From: Candidatus Parvarchaeum sp.
GTDB taxonomy: Archaea > Nanobdellota > Nanobdellia > Parvarchaeales > Parvarchaeaceae
DNA: 10,917 bases
Reading direction: 5' to 3'
NCBI GenBank assembly: GCA_049965555.1
Contig: JBMFWF010000015.1
Span: 1-10,917, forward strand
Shown here piece after piece: positions 8,246 through 10,917 of this stretch; position 1 is the first letter of the stretch; every line of letters starts with the position of its first letter. The notes beneath the pieces were generated by a model, which searched no databases, had not been told where the DNA came from, and saw nothing but the letters and a program-made list of their open reading frames with translations. The position numbers and the translations under genes are program-made.

Positions 8246-8563
8246 ATGGAAGAAGTAAACGGCGAAGAACAATTTGAAAAATTGGTTCTAAAATCTAGTA
8301 CACCTGTATTGGTGGATTTGTGGGCACCTTGGTGTATGCCTTGCAGATGGTATTCTCCAATAATAGAGAAGACTGCTGAAGAAATGAAAGACAAATTTAA
8401 GCTTGTAAAAGTAAATGTAGATGAAAATCAAGAGATAGCTGCAAAATACGGCGTTGAAGCAATTCCAACTACTTTGCTTATAGAGAATGGAAAAGTTAAA
8501 GCCAGTATCGTTGGCGCAATGCAAGCCGATCAGCTCAAAGGATGGCTTGGGAAGAATCTTTAA
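8246..8563 (+). CDS. trxA: Thioredoxin (WCMPC active site), about 105 aa
   Basis: Motifs PVLVDLWAPWCMPC, KVNVDENQEIAAKYGVEAIPT and IVGA. I prefer the ATG at 8246 because GGAGGT (8230-8235) precedes it. Its stop codon abuts the next start (TAA-ATG). Confidence 0.95.
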   Translation: MEEVNGEEQFEKLVLKSSTPVLVDLWAPWCMPCRWYSPIIEKTAEEMKDKFKLVKVNVDENQEIAAKYGVEAIPTTLLIENGKVKASIVGAMQADQLKGWLGKNL

Positions 8564-10414
8564 ATGACAGAATTAACCTGGATGACTGGTGGAAAACAAG
8601 GCAGTGGTATAGACGTATCTTTAAGCCTATTTTCAAGAGTAATGATGAAGTATGGCTATAACATATACGGTTATAGGGAATACTTCTCAAATATCAAAGG
8701 GATGCACAGTTTTTTCACTGTACGTGTGTCTGACAAACAAATCGCTTCTATACCGAGTAAGGTGGATCTTGCAATATTTTTTGATACTGAATCAGTTTTG
8801 GGCGAAGTAAATGAAAGAGGAGAGGTTGTTCAGGACGGCCATGTTAAAGATATTAAAGAAAATGGAACTTTGGTTGTAGACAGTAAAATTGACAAAAGCA
8901 AAATAAGCAGAAAAGACATAAATGTGCTTGACATAGACTTTGACGCAATAATAACAAGCGTGGCTAAAAAGTTGAACAAACCTACAAGTGAATTAGTGAT
9001 CTCCAAAAACATAATCTGTGTTACAGCTTCCTGTTATTTACTTGGTTTAGAAGATAGTTACATAGTCGATGCAATAAAAACAGAGTTTGCAAAGAAGCCG
9101 AAGAGTGTTATTGATTTAGATATATCTGTTTCAGAGGAAACTATAGAGTACATGAAAAGTAAGAATGAATCCCTTGCTACCGAGACTTTGAATCACATAA
9201 AAACAAAAGGGATAGCTCCCATAACAAAGCTTGACAACAAGAACAAAGGAGAACAGCTTTACATGGAAGGCTTTGCCTCCACGGCAATAGGTAAAGCTAT
9301 AGCTGGCTGTAAAATGCAGATCTATTATCCTATAACGCCGGCCAGCGATGAAAGCGTGTTTATAGAGTCCCATCCCGAGTTAGGCATTCGCGTAGTCCAG
9401 CCAGAAAGCGAGTTAGCAGTTCTTGCAATGGCTACAGGCGCAGCAATAGCGGGCGCAAGGGCCTCGACTTCTACTTCCGGCCCTGGTCTTTCGTTGATGT
9501 CGGAAACAGTTACTTGGGCAGGGATGAATGAAGTACCAATAGTTTTAGTAGATCATCAGAGAGGGGCGCCGGCAACCGGACAGCCAACAAGGACAGAGCA
9601 AGGAGATCTAATGTTTGCAGTCCATCAGGGGCATGGCGATTTCGGCAGGATCATTATTGCGCCTGGAGACGTAAAGGACAGCATAAAAATGACTGCAGAT
9701 GCGTTTAATTATGCGGAAAGGTACCAACTCCCTGTTATAGTTCTAGGGGAGAAAGCAATTTCACAGGGTTCAATGAATATAAGCAAAAGCACAATTCTAG
9801 ACATAAAGAAAAATTATAAAGTCGATAGGGGTAAATTAATCGATAATGTCAACGGCGAATATAAAAGATTCAAATTTACAGAAGACAATATCTCAGACAG
9901 GATAGTTCCAGGCAATCCAAATGCAATTTTTTGGCTCACAGGAGATGAACACGACGAGTGGGGCCACGTTTCTGAGGATCCTAATAACAGAATAAAAATG
10001 ATGGAAAAAAGAAATGGGAAATACGCTCAAATACTAAAGGAAATAAAGAAAGAGGATAAATTTACTTTAATAGGCGATCCTAAGACGGCAGATCTTTTAG
10101 TAGTTACTTGGGGAGGCCCTTCCGAGGCATTAAAAGAAGCAGCAAATGGAAAGAATGTTGCAGTTCTTCAAATAAAATTAATACATCCATTGCCAAATGA
10201 AATATTGGATATCCTAAAGAATGCAAAGAAAGTTGCAATTCTGGAAGAAAATATCTCGGCTCAGTTAAAACAGCATATAGCTTCAGTTACTGGCTTTGTG
10301 ATACCAAATGAAATACTGAAGTACAACGGAAGGTTGGTAAGATATGATGAAGTTGAAGATGCAATTAATAAAGTAATAAAAGGAGAAAGCAAGGTGATAC
10401 TAAATGGCTACTGA
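8564..10414 (+). CDS. korA: 2-oxoacid:ferredoxin oxidoreductase alpha subunit (gamma-alpha fused, two-subunit OFOR/KOR type), 616 aa
   Basis: N-terminal GGKQGSGID / YREYFSNIKGMHS domain, then YYPITPASDE, TSTSGPGLSLMSE, QRGAPATGQPTRTEQGD and TGDEHDEWG. Substrate specificity cannot be read from the sequence. Confidence 0.93.
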   Translation: MTELTWMTGGKQGSGIDVSLSLFSRVMMKYGYNIYGYREYFSNIKGMHSFFTVRVSDKQIASIPSKVDLAIFFDTESVLGEVNERGEVVQDGHVKDIKENGTLVVDSKIDKSKISRKDINVLDIDFDAIITSVAKKLNKPTSELVISKNIICVTASCYLLGLEDSYIVDAIKTEFAKKPKSVIDLDISVSEETIEYMKSKNESLATETLNHIKTKGIAPITKLDNKNKGEQLYMEGFASTAIGKAIAGCKMQIYYPITPASDESVFIESHPELGIRVVQPESELAVLAMATGAAIAGARASTSTSGPGLSLMSETVTWAGMNEVPIVLVDHQRGAPATGQPTRTEQGDLMFAVHQGHGDFGRIIIAPGDVKDSIKMTADAFNYAERYQLPVIVLGEKAISQGSMNISKSTILDIKKNYKVDRGKLIDNVNGEYKRFKFTEDNISDRIVPGNPNAIFWLTGDEHDEWGHVSEDPNNRIKMMEKRNGKYAQILKEIKKEDKFTLIGDPKTADLLVVTWGGPSEALKEAANGKNVAVLQIKLIHPLPNEILDILKNAKKVAILEENISAQLKQHIASVTGFVIPNEILKYNGRLVRYDEVEDAINKVIKGESKVILNGY

Positions 10415-10917
10415 TGTTAAAAGTTTGACTTCAAATGAATTTAATGATTGGTGTCCTGGCTGTCTGCTTCCAGACAATACTATAATAGGCAATCCTTCTG
10501 CTAAGGCAATTCAGGAATTTAAGGTAGGAGATAAGGTTCTTGGAAGTGATGGTTATTTCCATAGGATAAATGAGGTCATGTCACATATCCACAAAGGTAA
10601 GATTTACAGGTTAAAAGTTGCGTATTTTGGCGAGACTACATTAACGCATGAACACCCTGTTTTGGCTGTCAAGGCAAGCCAGATAAAAAACGGCGATACA
10701 AATCCCGAATGGTTTGAAACTGAAAAATTGGAAGTTGGCGACTATGTAGTTTACCCTATACTGAAATTAACAAAGGATGTAAAGTACCTGCCTGTATCTT
10801 ACAACAAAAAGAGCAAAGACACAAGAAGTAAAGAATTGGTGAAAAAAGTAAATGTAGACAGTGATTTTCTAAGACTTGCAGGATATTACATAGCAGAAGG
10901 CAATACCCATAATAGAG
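10404..10917 (+). CDS. korB: 2-oxoacid:ferredoxin oxidoreductase beta subunit precursor, intein-containing (truncated by the window end; absent from the ORF track)
   Basis: The ATG at 10404 overlaps the korA end by 11 nt, with SD AGGTGA at 10392-10397. The frame reads MATDVKSLTSNEFNDWCPG-C and stays open to the window end (171 codons). DWCPGC is the conserved N-terminal Fe-S motif of OFOR beta subunits. Confidence 0.88.
   Translation, partial: MATDVKSLTSNEFNDWCPGCLLPDNTIIGNPSAKAIQEFKVGDKVLGSDGYFHRINEVMSHIHKGKIYRLKVAYFGETTLTHEHPVLAVKASQIKNGDTNPEWFETEKLEVGDYVVYPILKLTKDVKYLPVSYNKKSKDTRSKELVKKVNVDSDFLRLAGYYIAEGNTHNR
10461..10917 (+). mobile_element. Intein with LAGLIDADG homing endonuclease (N-terminal part)
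   Basis: After WCPG the protein reads CLLPDNTIIG (block A, Cys1), IQEFKVGDKVLG (N2), IYRLKV, TLTHEHPVL (block B TxxH, Thr codon at 10644, His codon at 10653), WFETEKLEVGDYV (N4) and FLRLAGYYIAEG (first LAGLIDADG helix, LAGYYIAEG at 10875-10901). The expected CG[DN]FG OFOR-beta continuation is missing. Confidence 0.93.

Noticed and set aside
6282-9373. Minus-strand ORFs 6282-6599, 6666-7238, 7345-7545, 7750-8199, 8212-8394, 8288-8524, 8830-9012 and 9131-9373
   Set aside because: These are antisense shadows of sucC, sucD, trxA and korA.
10905-10916. Thr-His-Asn near the window end as the intein C-terminal splice junction
   Set aside because: It is followed by Arg rather than Cys, Ser or Thr, and it comes immediately after the first LAGLIDADG motif. 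The true end must lie beyond the window.

Overview
AT-rich archaeal window. The archaeal call rests on TATA-like boxes about 23-29 nt upstream of first genes, AGGTGA/GGAGGT Shine-Dalgarno sites, and an archaeal-type oxoacid oxidoreductase and AdkA-like domain. A DPANN/Parvarchaeota-like acidophile is plausible but unproven. In order, it contains: the 5' end of a Cas4-like nuclease gene (minus strand, truncated); a PAP2 phosphatase; a minus-strand run of two NhaP-like cation:proton antiporters, a fumarase/aspartase and an unusual adenylate-kinase-like/nucleoside-deoxyribosyltransferase-like fusion; and a plus-strand run of sucC, sucD, thioredoxin and 2-oxoacid:ferredoxin oxidoreductase alpha and beta. 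The main finding is that the beta subunit, which the ORF track misses because it runs off the window, is interrupted by a LAGLIDADG-containing intein inserted inside its [4Fe-4S]-binding WCPGC motif. The precursor therefore carries a natural Cys(-3)-Pro-Gly-Cys1 candidate 'redox trap', with a thioredoxin gene at the head of the same tightly coupled operon.
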